The notes below the pieces were generated by a model. It was not told the DNA's origin. It searched no databases and worked only from the letters and a program-made list of their open reading frames with translations. From the NCBI GenBank assembly GCA_030390025.1, contig CM059431.1:127660001-127724000 (forward strand): 64,000 nt of DNA, read 5' to 3'. A program made the position numbers and the translations under genes. Of this stretch, positions 37,784 through 50,564 are shown piece after piece. The stretch's first letter is position 1. Each line of letters opens with the position of its first letter. Origin of the DNA: Squalus acanthias (taxonomy: Eukaryota).

Positions 37784-39403
37784 GGGCTGGATTTTCAATG
37801 ACCCGTGGAGTCGGGTTTGGAGGCGTGTGGGGGGTTAAATTTGCGGGGTCGGGGGTCCCGACCCCATCCCGACTCCATTCCGCCTCCACGCAATTTTGAG
37901 AAGATCGGTTGCGGGGTTACCGACTCCGTCCCGCCTCCAAGAGGCGGGAGAGGCCATTAAAGCCCTTAACAAGCCCTAAATTGGCTCTGTAATGCCATTT
38001 TGAAACGTTTTAGCTAGTTTAACCCTTTTCCGACGTGAAGTACGCCTGATGTGAAACACGCCAGTGAAACCTGGCGGGAGCACAAGTGGATAGCTGACTA
38101 TCAGCTGCAGGTCCACTATTACAACGGAGATGTGATGAAGGTAGTAGTAGTATTGTGATGAAGGTAGCAGCAGTATTAGGTCTGAAAGTCGCCTCTGATG
38201 CTGTTGCATTGAATGTCTTCAGAGACTGCCTGGGAGGACTTGGTTGCAAAAAAAATTCTCTCTCTCTCTCTCTCTCTGTGGGCTGGATTTTCAATGACCC
38301 GTGGAGTCGAGTTTGGAGGCGGGGAGGGGGGGGGTGGGGTTTAAAGTTGCAGATTCGGGGGTCCCGACTCCAACCCGCCTCCATGGCAGTTTCTCTGGCA
38401 GTGGTTATCCGACCTGTGCTGAGACCCGACTCCCCGAGGCGGGAAGGGATTAGTGACAATTAACTGCCTATTAACAGGTAGTTAACAGGCAGTTTTTTGC
38501 ATAATCCCTATTTTTTTTTAAAAAGTGTGGGCTTCCCGACAGGTGGCAACCACTCCAAGTTATCGGGGCGGACCGTGGGTCTGCAGGGGTTGGAGGGGTC
38601 AATATGTCCGGTGGGCAGGTGAGTGATGGGTGCATGTGTGCAGAGGTAAGTGTGTAAGGTAAGTGCTAAGTGTGGGAAAAAGTTTTACTTACCTTAACTT
38701 CCTCCTGCAGGTGTCAGCCCTTCAGTTCTCGGGAGTTAGAAATCTCACCGGCACAGAAAGCAGGAAAGCCGTGGTTCTGTCAAAACCTGCAGCCTTCTGT
38801 TTTCTGTGCTGGAATGATTTCTAACTCGGCCTGAAAGGAAGGACTGAAGTTAGAAATCATATTGTGAGTGTTTGACAGCTTCACAGAGCTGTCAAACGCT
38901 GATATTTAATCTGTCAAAAGCTCTTTACAGATGAAATGTCAGTCTGTGACGTCACCTGTTGCCGGGTGGCCCTTAATTGGCCTGCTGAGCCCACTGGGCG
39001 GGCTCAACAAGGTCAATCAAGGGAAAATACAGTGGGTTGGCCACATCTCGATGGAGGCGGGTTCACAAGCCAGAATTTGTGATTCCCGACCCCAACCCGA
39101 CTCCAACTTCAAAATCCAGCCCCTTCTCTCTCTCTCTCTCAGATGCTGCTCATTTTGCATCCAGGTCCTCTCACAGCAAAGGCCAGGCAGTCTCTGACCT
39201 GCAATGCAGCAACAATGATGACATCATCAGAGGTGACTTTCAGACTGAAACCACTAATTGGTTCATGGGTTCCCACATGCTAAAACTCAATTGCCCAATT
39301 AGGTGAAAATCGCATCAATCTCCCACATCCAATTGCAGTCGGGTGGATAACACGAAAAGCGGATGACACGACCCCAACCCGCCCCAGTATCAAAATCCAG
39401 CCC
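37784..39403. mobile_element. Harbinger MITE (outer) with AAG TSD
   Basis: GGGCTGGATTTT...AAAATCCAGCCC; AAG at 37781-37783 and 39404-39406. Confidence 0.88.
38280..39122. mobile_element. Harbinger MITE (inner), inserted in a (CT)n tract of the outer MITE
   Basis: GGGCTGGATTTTCAATGACCCGTGGAGTCG...AAAATCCAGCCC; (CT)n on both sides. Confidence 0.82.
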
Positions 39404-39965
39404 AAGGACTATCCACTCTCCACCTGGCTTGTGACTCCCCTCCGCAAACCCAACACTCGTGCCCAGCACTCGTAAAATGAGAGCTATGATTCCACCAGGG
39501 ACACCATCGAGCAGACCATCAGGCTACTGAAGCAACAGTTCCGCTACTTTGACCACTCAGGAGGAGCCCTCCAGTACACGCCGAAGCAGGTGTCCCATTT
39601 TGTGGTGGTCTGCTGCATGCTTCACAACTTGGCCATCATGAGGACACAATCCTTTCCAGCAGGGACACCGGGCCACCTCAGGAGGAGGAGGAGGGAGAGG
39701 TGAAGGAGGAGGAGGAGGAGGGAGAGAGGAGGCAGGCAACCAATCCCCCTTCCAGATGGGCTGTCCATGAATGGCTCATCAGACTCTGATTCCAATGAAT
39801 GAAACCCCAGATCCCAGTTGCTCACCACATCCCCGTTGCTCACCACATCCCCACCATACCATCCCTCTGGCATGGAATATCACAGTGTCCTCCTGCGAAC
39901 AAAGCTGAAATAAGAGACACCACAAAAGATTCCAAACAAAATTAATAAATTGATCAAAAATCACT

Positions 39966-40880
39966 TCACACATGTTTACAGTAACAATGTGAACTAATCA
40001 TACTTGTGCAATGCCTTAGTGCCTGTTGTTCGGGTGCCCTTTCTGTCTTAGTGCTCCTACGAAGTGCTCCCCCAGTAGCTGCAGCATGGCTGGTGGAAGG
40101 CTGCTGAGTTTCCATGGGGGAGACTTCAGATGGCCTTGCAGGATGACCTCCAGCAGCTCCGGCCCTAGAAGGCCTGGCTGCAGAGTGCACCACCTCGGCA
40201 TGGGCGGCAGCAGTCTGGGCTGGCTGGATGAGAGGCAGTGGCACGCGCAATGGCGGAGTGGCAGTGGTGGGAACAGGAATGCTGCCATCCTGAGAGAGGA
40301 CAGTAGGGTCCTGCTCCACTGACACTCCCCCGGGGTGGCGCCTCAGCATTCCTCGCAATCTGTTGGAGCACAGATTGCTGACCTGCTGCGACACCTTGCA
40401 AACCCCGCTCGACACTGGTAAACCCAGCCACGATGGCAGCAGTCAGAGCTCGGGTGTCATCAAGCTGAGACTGCATGAGAGCAGCCTGAGTTTCGCTGGC
40501 ACCAAGCAGAGACTGCATGATAGCGGTCTGTGCTTTCACTGCAGCACTAAGATGTTGGGTCGCTTCCGCCTGTGCTGCAATGACAACCTCGACATCGCTC
40601 TTCACGTGCACCATCACATCTGGGCTGACACGGTCTCTTCAGGAGTTTTCAATCATATCCAGCCTGGAAATCCTGGGCTCCATGCTCTGCGCTGAGCCCC
40701 ATGCAATTTTGGAGGCGGACTCCTCCATGCTCCTTGACATTGCCATGAGGCTCTCTGGCAGGCTTGCCATTACACCTATCAATTCGGTATGCATGCCCAT
40801 CACCCTTCTTTTGAAGGCCGCCCTATCGAGGTCCTTATCTGAGTCCTGTGCAGCAGAACTCTCGTGCGAAGTCCATGTCA
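39966..40880 (-). pseudogene. 3' coding portion of the Harbinger Myb/SANT partner gene (helical and low-complexity region)
   Basis: Convergent with the transposase. Peptides AFKRRVMGMHTELIG...MEES and QPSTSHAAATGGALRRST, similar to 35566-35700 and 54015-54200. Confidence 0.6.
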
Positions 40881-41125
40881 TTAATGTATATCAAAAGTAA
40901 CAGTGGCCCCAGTCCTGACCCTTAGGAAACTCCACTGTACACCCTCCTCCAGTCTGAAAAACAGCCACTCACAACAACTCTCTATCACTTAGCTAATTTT
41001 ATATCCATGCTGCTACTGCCCCTTTAATCACATGTTAAAATAGCGTAGAGAAAAATAGCATTACTATAGGAACACAGGAACATAGGAACAGGAGAAGGCC
41101 ATTCAGCCCCTCGAGCCTGTTCCGC
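40880..41125 (-). mobile_element. CR1 fragments (RT piece and tail)
   Basis: Matches 62120-62270 and the (ATAGGAAC)n tail at 23515. Confidence 0.7.
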
Positions 41126-41303
41126 AAATGTGCTCAGCAGTAACTTAGGTGGTGACATGAGCTCCATTGTATTTGCGCTCTGATGCTATTTGGAGTGTAC
41201 AACTGGGGTCATGAGTATGCTAGATACTATTATAGATACTATTTATAGAAGTAGACAAATGACGGCAATCAAAAAAAAATGGGAGTTGAACAATAACGAC
41301 ACT

Positions 41304-44300
41304 GGCCTAGAAATTCAGCTCCATAGCAACTGGGTTTTCAGCGCTACGATTGCCGTTTTGTGTCCAAAATGGCACCCGAGCCGTATGCTCACAATTCTGG
41401 TGCGGGCCGCACTGGGAACCATCTTTTTTTAAATTCGCTTATGGGATCTGGGCGTCGCTGGCAAGGCCAGCATTTATTGCCCATCCCCAGTTGAAGTTGA
41501 ACCGCTGCAGTCCGTGTGGTGAAGGTACTCCCACAGTGCTGTTAGGGAGGGAGTTCCAGGATTTTGACCCAGAGAGGATGAAGGATCGACGCTTTACTTC
41601 TACGTTAGGATGGTGTGTGACTTGAAGGGGAATTTAGAGGTGGTGGTGTTCCCATGCGCCTGCTGCCCTTGTCCTTCTAGGTGGAAGAGGTCTGCGAGTT
41701 TGGGAGGTGCTGCCGAAGAAGCCTTGGCGAGTTGCTGCAGTGCGTCTTGTAGATGGTACACACTGCAGCCATAGTACGCCGGTGGTGGAGGGAATGAATG
41801 TTTAAGGTGGTGGATGGGGTGCCAATCAAACGGGCTGCTTTTTCCTGGATAGTGTCGAGATTCTTGAGTGTTGTTGCAGCTGCACTCATCCAGGCAAGTG
41901 GAGAGTATTCCATCACACTCCTTACTTGTGCCTCATAGATGGTGGAAAGGCTTTGGGGAGTCAGGAGGTGAGACATTCACAGCAGAATACCCAGCCTCTG
42001 ACCTGCTCTTGTTGCCACAGTATTTATGTGGCTGGTTCGGTAAAGTTTCTGGACAATGGTGACCCCCAGGATGTTGAGGGATTCGGCGATGGTAATGCCG
42101 TTGAATATCATGGGGAGGTGGTTCGACTCTCGCTTGTTGGAGATAGTCATTGCCTGGCACTTCTGTGGCGCGAATGTTACCTGCCAGATATCAGCCCAAG
42201 CCTGAACATCGTCCAGGTCTTGTTGCATGCGGGCATGGACTGTTCATTATCTGAGGAGTTGTGAATGGCGCTGAACACTGTGCAGTCATCAGCGAACATC
42301 CCCATTTCTGACCTTATGTTGGAGGGAAGGTCATTGATGAAGCAGCTGAAGATGGTTGGGCCTAGGATACTGCCTGAGCAACTCCTGCAGCGATGTCCTG
42401 GGGCTGTGATGATTGACCTTCAATCACCACAATCATCTCCCTTTGTGCTAGGTATGACTCCAGCCAGTGAAGCGTTTTCTCCCTGATTCCCATTGACTTT
42501 AGTTTTACTAGTGCTCCTTGATGCCACACTCGGTCAAATGCTGCCTTGATGTCAAGGGCAGTCACTCTCACCTCACCTCTAGAACTCAGCTCCTTTGTCC
42601 ATGTTTTGACCAAGGCTGTAACGAGGTCGGGAACCGAGTGGCCTTGGCGGAACCCAAACTGGGCATCAGTGAGCAGGATATTGGTGAGTAAGTGCCGCTT
42701 GATAATGATTGAGAGTAGACTGATGGGGTGGTAATTGGCCGGGTTGTATTTGTCCTGCTTCTTGTGGACAGGACATACCTGGGCACCTTTCCACATTGTC
42801 AGATAGATGCCAGTGTTGTAGCTGTACTGGAACAGCTTAGCTAATTCTGGAGCACAAGTCTTCAGCACGATTGCCGGGATCCATAGCCTTTTCTGTATCC
42901 AGTGCGCTCAGCCGTTTCTTGATATCACGTGGAGTGAATTGAATTGGCTGAAGACTGGCTTCAGGAGTAGGCCGATATGGATCATCCACTTGGCACTTTT
43001 GACTGAAGATGGTTGCAAACGCTTCAGCCTTGTCTTTTGCACTCACGTGCTGGGCTCCACCATCATTGAGGATATTCATGAAGCCCCCTCCTCCCGTTAG
43101 TTGTTGAATGGTCCACCACCATTCACAACTGGATGTGGCAGGACTGCAGAGCTTTGATCTGTCTATAGCATGCTGCTTCAGTTTTTTAGCCCTGTGTTGC
43201 AGCTTCTCCAGGTTGGCACCTCATTTTTAGGTACGCCTGGTGCTGCTCTTCTACACTCCTTATTGAACCAGGGGTTGGTCCCCTAGCTAGGTGGTAATGG
43301 TAGAGTGAGGGATGAGCCAGGCCATGAGGTTACAGATTGTGGTGGAATACAATTCTGCTGCTGCACAGCTGCCCAGTTTTGAGCTGCTTAGATCTGTTCT
43401 GAATCTATCCCATTTAGCACAGTGGTAGTGCCACACAACACGATGGAGGGTGTTCTCAGTGTGACTGTGCGGTGGTCACTGCTGCCAATACTGTCAAGTA
43501 GGTGTTGGTCCTCTCACCACCTGTCGCAGGCCCAGACTGGCAGTTATGTCCTTCATGACTCCGCCAGTAGTGGAACCACTCTTGGTGATGAACATTGAAG
43601 GTCCCCCACCCAGAGTACATTCTGTGCTTCTTCCAAGTGGTTTTCTACATGGAGGAGTACAGATTCATCAGCTGAGGGAGGGCAGTAGGTGATAATCAGC
43701 AGGAGGTATCCTTGCCCATGCTTGACCTGAAGCCGTGAGACTTCATGGGGTCCGGAGTCAATGTTGAGGACTCCCAGGTACACTCCACCCCTGGAGCCAG
43801 CAGGACAGGACATACCCAGGATGGTGATGGAGGAGCTTGGGACATTGGCTGAAATGAATGATTCTGGGAGTATGACTATGTCAGGCTGTTGCGTTCACAA
43901 TTTTGGCACAAGTCCCCAGATGTTGGTGAGGACTTTGCAGGGTTGCTCTGGGTTGGGTGTGCCGTTGCCGGTGTTGAGGTTGATGCCAGGTTTCATTCTT
44001 ATTATGTTTTGTAGCAGTTAGTTATAACTGAGTGGTTTGTTAGGCCATTTCAGAGAGCAGTTAAGAGTCAACCACATTGCTGTGGGTCTGGAGTCACATA
44101 TAGGCCAGACCAGGTAAGGATAGCAGATTCCCTTCCCTAAAGGACATTTACGACAATCCAATAGTTTCATGGTTGTCATCATTATTCCAGATTTATTTAA
44201 TTGAATCTAAATTCCCCAGCTGCCGTGGTGGGATTTGAACTCACGTCTCTGGATCATTAGTCCAGGCCTCAGGGATTACCAGCCCAGTGACATTACCACT

Positions 44301-44890
44301 ACGCTACCGTCCCACCTTGGTAAAAAGCCAAACAAGAGGCGTCCTTTATCCACATTTAAAGCAGGCATTATCCATTAACATATGCAAATAAGGGGCCCAA
44401 CGCCTGCTTCTGCTCCCTCTTGCAACTTTGGTTTGCATCTGAGGCAGTCAGCACCAGTGCTGTTTGCCTCCAGGAAAACCAACGCTAAACAGCACGGAAT
44501 TAAATAAAGGTCAGTACTTACCATAATCACCGGTCCCAAGATCTCCGACCTCACTCCCAACCCAAACTCCAGCCCCCTCCCCGACCTCCCCCCGGTCCCA
44601 GCCCCGACCTTCTAGCCCCCCTGACAGCACTCCCGACCCACCACCAATACTCCAGCCCAATGTTCCCTCTAACTTTTTTTTGGGGTCGCAAGGCCCATTC
44701 AAAAATCCGTGCATGCGTGGTTTTTACATTTAAAAGCTGGCGAGCCAGCTGTGCGAGAGCTCCCGGCCCCGGCCCCGGCCCCGAACTCCGAGCTCCCCAC
44801 CGACAGCACCTCCGACCCCCCCCCCGGCCCCGCCAATCTCCCTCCTGCCCCGGCCCGGCCTCCTAATGGCTGCGATCGAATTTCTAGTCC
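41304..44890. mobile_element. MITE split by the LINE at 41424-44313
   Basis: TIRs GGCCTAGAAATTC / GAATTTCTAGTCC (12/13). Confidence 0.6.
41424..44313 (-). mobile_element. Compact APE-RT LINE, copy 2, near full length with tRNA-like 5' head
   Basis: ALDIKAAFDRVWH, QFGFRQGHS, MFADDCT (by reading 42280-42300), YCPPSADES. A box TAGCGTAGTGG (44306-44296) and B box GTTCAAATCC (44240-44231). Confidence 0.92.
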
Positions 44891-45344
44891 CTGGTCTTTT
44901 TTAACTATAGCCGGCCAGGCCTGTTCAGTTGTTTTGTGCCCAGTTTATGAAGGGGAGCTATGCACTGTGAGTGGCGCTCCACCAAACATTGTAAAATTCA
45001 GCGTGAGGCCTAATAGCTGGCCCAGTTAAATGAAGCCCTGTCGCGGGGCCTCCATCAGCCCCTGATTACACCTGGTTTGCCAGCCTGTAGAAGACACCGG
45101 CAGGGCCCATACACCAGCAGTGAAGCCCTGTAAATTCAAAAGCTAATGCCTCATGCTGTTACTGAAAGACAGTTTTACTCAGAAGAAGAAAGATAGATGA
45201 ACTAATTACTCATTTAGATCATTTATAAAGGTTAGCTATAAATGATATAGTAGGTAACAACAAACAAGAGAGTGCGATCAGTATTCTGATCTTCATAGTG
45301 CCACACAACTTCATCCCCTACCTCACTCAGTTGTTAACATTTAT

Positions 45345-45815
45345 AGTGCTGGAAATTCATTATAGCCCAGGAATGGGCAGTATCATCAGAAAAGTTTGAG
45401 AATTAGCGCCAGGCACGCAAAATTCATTATCTCCGCTCAAAGAAATGATTGGGGCTCTAATTCAAGTCTTAAAGGCCTAGCTCAGTGGTGTTACACTCAA
45501 AGGGTGGACCAATATCAGGTACAGTCTAATCTCAAATCATCATTGCCACAGGCTTTACCCAGTACTTAAAGGGGAGGTTCATTGATACTGCAGCACCTCA
45601 TTCTCAGTATTGCTGGCTGTGCAGCTGCCTCAGCAAGTAGAAACACAACAAGGAGAAGGAGCCAGAGGACTGAAGCAGGTGTGCTCATGGCAGATCCACC
45701 TCACTCGGGTGGTCAGGGTGATTGAATGCTTCAACAAATGCTACATACCACCATCTGTACCACAAGCTTCACACTGCCCAAAGCACCACACCCCCAGCGC
45801 TCACCCACCAACAAT
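45345..45815 (+). mobile_element. Harbinger left end with internally deleted Myb exon
   Basis: Colinear with 51282-51970, but ATGGCAGATCCAC is joined directly to CTCACTCGGGTGGTCAG. Confidence 0.75.
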
Positions 45816-47469
45816 CTCTCTCCACAGATGCTGCCTGACCTGCTGAGTGTTTCCAGCACTTTCTGGTTTTATTACTTCAATCGGGTCCTATGCCGTAGGA
45901 CCTTTGACGCAATATTGTTGATCCAGTGGTCGCAGTGCGCACTCCGTCTAGTGGAACTGAGAGTGTTCAGCCAAATAACCAGTGGCCCTTAAAGAGACCA
46001 TTGTAAGACACTCCAAAATACCCAAAGAAAAAGTGGTGCCACTGATTATTGTGGGGCTGGGAGGACCCCCAATGCCAGGTTCGTTGTGTGTTCACCCCCT
46101 CTCCAGGATAGCTCTCCCCCCTGCCCCCTTTAAAGGCTCCGCAGAGGAACCATCAAATTTCCCATCCCACCTGATCTGCAGCTCGCCAATCAAACTAGAG
46201 GCTCAACCACAATGCGATCACTCCTCCCACTGAGCGCCCGATGTGCAGACAAACCGACAAGTGGCCCCTGTACTTCCGAAATCCACAAGATGTGCACAGC
46301 TCTTAACCAGCAGGCAGTCAAATACCTGGCTGTTTCCTGCCGCCATGTTCTTGGAATGCCTTTTATCGAATGGCAGTTAATGCATTCTTACCTCAGAGAT
46401 TATACATGGAGTGTGTTCAGGAATAAAAAAAGATATGACTGTTACAGACAATCCATTACTTTTCTACTGAACCATTATAACAGGGTGGGAGGGTAGCGTA
46501 AGCATTCCTCATACAGACCCATTACTTTTATCCGCGGCTGACAGAGTAGTCATTACCATTAATGACAATAGCTATTCCCAGCAAACCACAATATTCAGTG
46601 TTTTGACAAGGAGTAAGTCAAGTTGGTGGTGATGTCGTACAGGTATACACGTCTAGTAATGTATTTGTCATTATTTATGTTATTTAAAAGACAGAAACGA
46701 TCTGCTTCAAAAAATAAACTGTACTTATATTTTATCAAACAGATTAAAGTAAGGGGGATGAACATCTGCTATAAAGAGCAACACTCTACACATTGAATTA
46801 AATATGGATGGCTACAGAACTGCTTCGTGAATCAACATTTGATTTTTTTCTCACCAGCCTTTCAATGGGCAGATAGTTAGATATGGGTGGCTGTCTGCTT
46901 AATGTATCATTTATTTCATTTCGCCTCTACAGGGAGGGAGAGAATGGTTCTTATAAAATGTTCATAACACTGCTACACATGTTGATTTTAACTCTGAGCA
47001 GGTTTCAGGCGAGCAGTGGACAGGGTGAATTTTTTATTTATTTATTTTTTTAAATTCGTTTTTTATGGGATGTGGGCATCGCTGGCAAGACCAGCATTTA
47101 TTGCCCATCCCTAATTGCCCTTGAGAAGGTGGTGCTGAGCGGCCTTCTTGAACCGCTGCAGTGCAAATAATGTTATGAGGCTCCTGCCTGCTTCCAGCGG
47201 GTGCCTCACCCACTGAACTGGTGGCCAGTGCAATTCCAGTAGCGTTGGGACAGTAAGATTGAACACCCCATTTTAAAGAACACTCTCCCCAGTCCCACCG
47301 GGCGGGGTGGGTTCAAATTCTCTCTGCAGTGTGGGTGAAAAGCCCACACTACCAGTGCTACAATATTTTATTTAAGGAACTGAAAATCAGTAATTAAAAG
47401 ACACTGACAAACTCATCCTTTTTCAAATTGGTGGAAGATATATTGTTGCTGGGACACAATCTATATATA

Positions 47470-48045
47470 AACATAGAAGATAGGAGCAGGAGTAGGCCAT
47501 TCGGCCCCTCGAGTCTGCTCTGCCATTCGATGAGATCATGGCCGATCATCCAAACTCAGTACCCTGTACCTGCCTTCTCCCAATATCCCTTGATACCTTT
47601 AGCTTTAAGAAATATATCTAACTCATTCTTGAATATATTTAATGACTTGGCCTCAACTACCTTCTGTGGTAGAGAATTCCACAGGTTCACCACTCTCTGG
47701 GTGAAGAAATTCTTCCTCATTTCTGTCCTAAATGGCTTACCCCTTATCCTTAGATTATGACCCCTGGTTCTGGACTCTCCGACCATTGGGAACATTCTTC
47801 CTGCATCTAGTTTGTCCAGACCTGTCAGAATTTTATATGTTTCGATGAGATCCCCTCTCATTCTTCCATACTCCAGCGAGTATAAGCCCAATCGACCCAA
47901 TCTCTCCTCATATGTCATTCCTGCCATCCCAGGTATCAGCCTTGTGAATCTTCGCTGAACTCCTTCCATGGCAAGAACATCCTTCCTCAGATAAGGCGAC
48001 CAAAACTGCACACAGTACTCAAGGTGTGGTCTCACCAAGGCCCTG
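47470..48045 (-). mobile_element. CR1 LINE 3' fragment
   Basis: ORF 47556-48038 [19 protein letters not shown]...FFTQRVVNLWNSLP. Confidence 0.93.
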
Positions 48046-48259
48046 CACCTATGTCTTAGGCTTGAGCTTCATATCCCATCCTAAACACTCTTAGCCATTT
48101 TCAGGTATATACATATATATATATATAGAAAACATTTTTTTTCAATATCAGCATCACCTCAGGAGAAAGTATAGTGTGTTGGGTAGATCAGTTCTGAGTT
48201 GTGCATTCTTACAGAAAGATGCATCTACCTTTTTGTACGTAAGAAACTATATCCACCCT

Positions 48260-49962
48260 TTCTTTTCATTCGTTCACGGGATCTGGGCGTCACTGGCAAG
48301 GCCAGCATTTATTGCCCATGCCTAATTGCCCTTCAGAAGGTGGTGGTGAGCCGCCTTCTTGAACCGCTGCAGTCCGTGTGGTAAAGGTACTCCCACAGTG
48401 CTGTTAGGTAGGGAATTCCAGGAATTCGACCCAGTGACGATGAAGGAATGGCGATATATTTCCAAGTCAGGATGGTGTGTGACTTGGAGGGGAACTTGCA
48501 AGTGATGTTGTTCCCATGCGCTTGCTGCCCTTGTCCTTCTAGGTGGTAGAGGTTATGGGCTTGGGAAGTGCAGTCGAAGAAGCCTTGGCGAGTTGCTGCA
48601 GTGCATCTTGTAGATGGTACACACTGCAGCCATGGTGCACCAGTGGTGGAGGGAGTGAATGTCTAAGGTGGTAAATGGGATGCCAATCAACCAAGCTGCT
48701 TTGTCCTGGATGGTGTCGAGCTTCTTGAGTGTTGTTGAAGTTGCACTCATACAGGCAAGTGGAGAGTATTCCATCAAACTCCTGACTTGTTTCAGGAGGT
48801 GAGTCCTGAGTTGCTGCACAATACACAGCCTCTGACCTGCTCTTGTAGCCACAGTATTTATGTGGCTCGTCCAGTTAAGTTTCTGGACAATGGTGATGAC
48901 CAGGATGTTGATGGTGGGGGATTCGATGATGGTAATGCCATTGAATGTCAAGGGGAGGTGGTTAGACTCTCTCTTGTTTGAAACAGTCATTGCCTGGCAC
49001 TTGTGTGGCGCGAATGTTACTTGCCACTTTTCAGCCCAAGCCTGAATGTTGTCCAGGTTTTGCTGCATGTAGGCATGGACTGCTTCATTATCTGAGGAGT
49101 TGCGAATGGAACTGAACCCTGTGCAATCATCAGCGAACATCCCCACTTCTGATCTTATGATGGAGGGAAGGTCATTGATGAAGCAGCTGAAGATGGTTGG
49201 GCCTAGGACACTGCCCTGAGGAACTCCTGCAGTGATGTCCTGGGGCTGAGATGATTGGCTTCCAACAACCACAACCATTTTCCTTTGTGCTAGGTATGAC
49301 TCCAGCCAGTGGAGAGTTTTCCCCCTGATTCCCAATTACTTCAATTTTACTTGGGCTCCTTGATGCCACACTCGGTCAAATGTTGCCTTGATGTCAAAGG
49401 CAGTCACGCTCACATCACCTCTGGAATTCAGCTCTTTTGTCCATGTTTGGACTAAGGCTGTAATGAGGTATGGAGCAGAGTGGTCCTGGCAGAACCCGAA
49501 CTGAGCATCGGTGAGTAGGCTATTGGTGAGTAAGTGATATCACTGTCAACGACACCTTCCATCACTTTGCTGACGATTGAGAGTAGATTGATGTGGCAGA
49601 AATTGGCCGGGTTGGATTTGTCCTGCTTTTTGTGGAAAGGGCAGTTTTCCACATTGTCGGATAGATGCCAGTGTTGTAGCGTTACTGGAACAGCTTGTCT
49701 AAAGGCACACCTAGTTCTGGATCACGTCTTTAGCACGACAGCCTGGCTATTGTCGGGGCCTATAGCTTTTGCTGTATCCTGTGCGCTCAGCCGTTTCTTG
49801 ATATCATGTAGACTGATCGAATTGGCTGAATACTGGCTTCTGTGATGGTGGGGACCTCAGGAGGAACAGCAAAGGTTCCCACAGGGCCTCATGTACGCCC
49901 AGTTTTGAGCTGCTAGATCTATTCTGAATCTATCCCATTTAGCACAGTGGTAGTGCCACACA
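48260..49962 (-). mobile_element. Compact APE-RT LINE, copy 3, 5'-truncated
   Basis: ORF 48553-49335 GVPQGSVLGPTIFSCFINDLP...MFADDCT...WQVTFAPHKC. Confidence 0.92.
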
Positions 49963-50360
49963 ATAGAACATAGAACATAGAACAGTACAGCACAGTACAG
50001 GCCCTTCGGCCCTTGATGTTGTGCCGAGCATTGTCCGAAACCAAGATCAAGCTATCCCACTCCCTATCATTCTGGTGTGCTCCATGTGCTTATCCAATAA
50101 CCGCTTGAAAGTTCCTAAAGTGTCCAACTCCACTATCACAGCAGGCAGTCCATTCCACACCCCAACCACTCTCTGAGTAAAGAATCTACCTCGGACATCC
50201 CTTCTATATCTCCCCCCATGCACCTTATAGTTATGCCCCCTTGTAACAGCTACATCCACCCGAGGAAATAGTCTCTGAACATCCACTCTATCTATCCCCC
50301 TCATCATCTTATAAACCTCTATTAAGTCGCCTCTCATCCTCCTCTGCTCTAAAGAGAAAA

Positions 50361-50564
50361 TGATGCGGAGATGCCGGTGTTGGACTGGGGTGGACAAAAA
50401 TGAGAAGTCGCACAACACCAGGTTATAGTCCAACAGTTTTATTTGAAATCACAAGCTTTCGGAGCTTACGTGGCCCCTTCCTCAGGTGAAGCCACGTAAG
50501 CTCCGAAAGCTTGTGATTTCAAATAAAACTGTTGGACTATAACCTGGTGTTGTGCGACTTCTCA
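50361..50564. mobile_element. Penelope-like terminal insertion with perfect 74-bp inverted repeat and 12-bp TSD
   Basis: Arms 50401-50474 and 50491-50564, 16-nt spacer. CTAAAGAGAAAA at 50349-50360 and 50565-50576. Confidence 0.88.
50447..50490 (-). ncRNA. Minimal type I hammerhead ribozyme motif (Penelope-associated)
   Basis: Minus strand UCAC-CUGAGGA-A-GGGGC-CACGUAA-GCUCC-GAAA-GCUU-GUGA: core CUGANGA and GAAA, stem I UCAC/GUGA, stem II GGGGC/GCUCC, palindromic AAGCUU. Confidence 0.72.

Larger units (their letters stand above)
37018..39800 (+). pseudogene. HARBI1-like Harbinger DDE transposase, interrupted by nested MITEs
   Basis: [71 protein letters not shown]. Has stops and a frameshift. 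Confidence 0.92.

Noticed and set aside
44225..44313. Functional tRNA gene (also 9825-9890 and 52071-52145)
   Set aside because: A/B boxes are present, but I cannot fold a full cloverleaf, and each continues into retroposon body without a T-run terminator.
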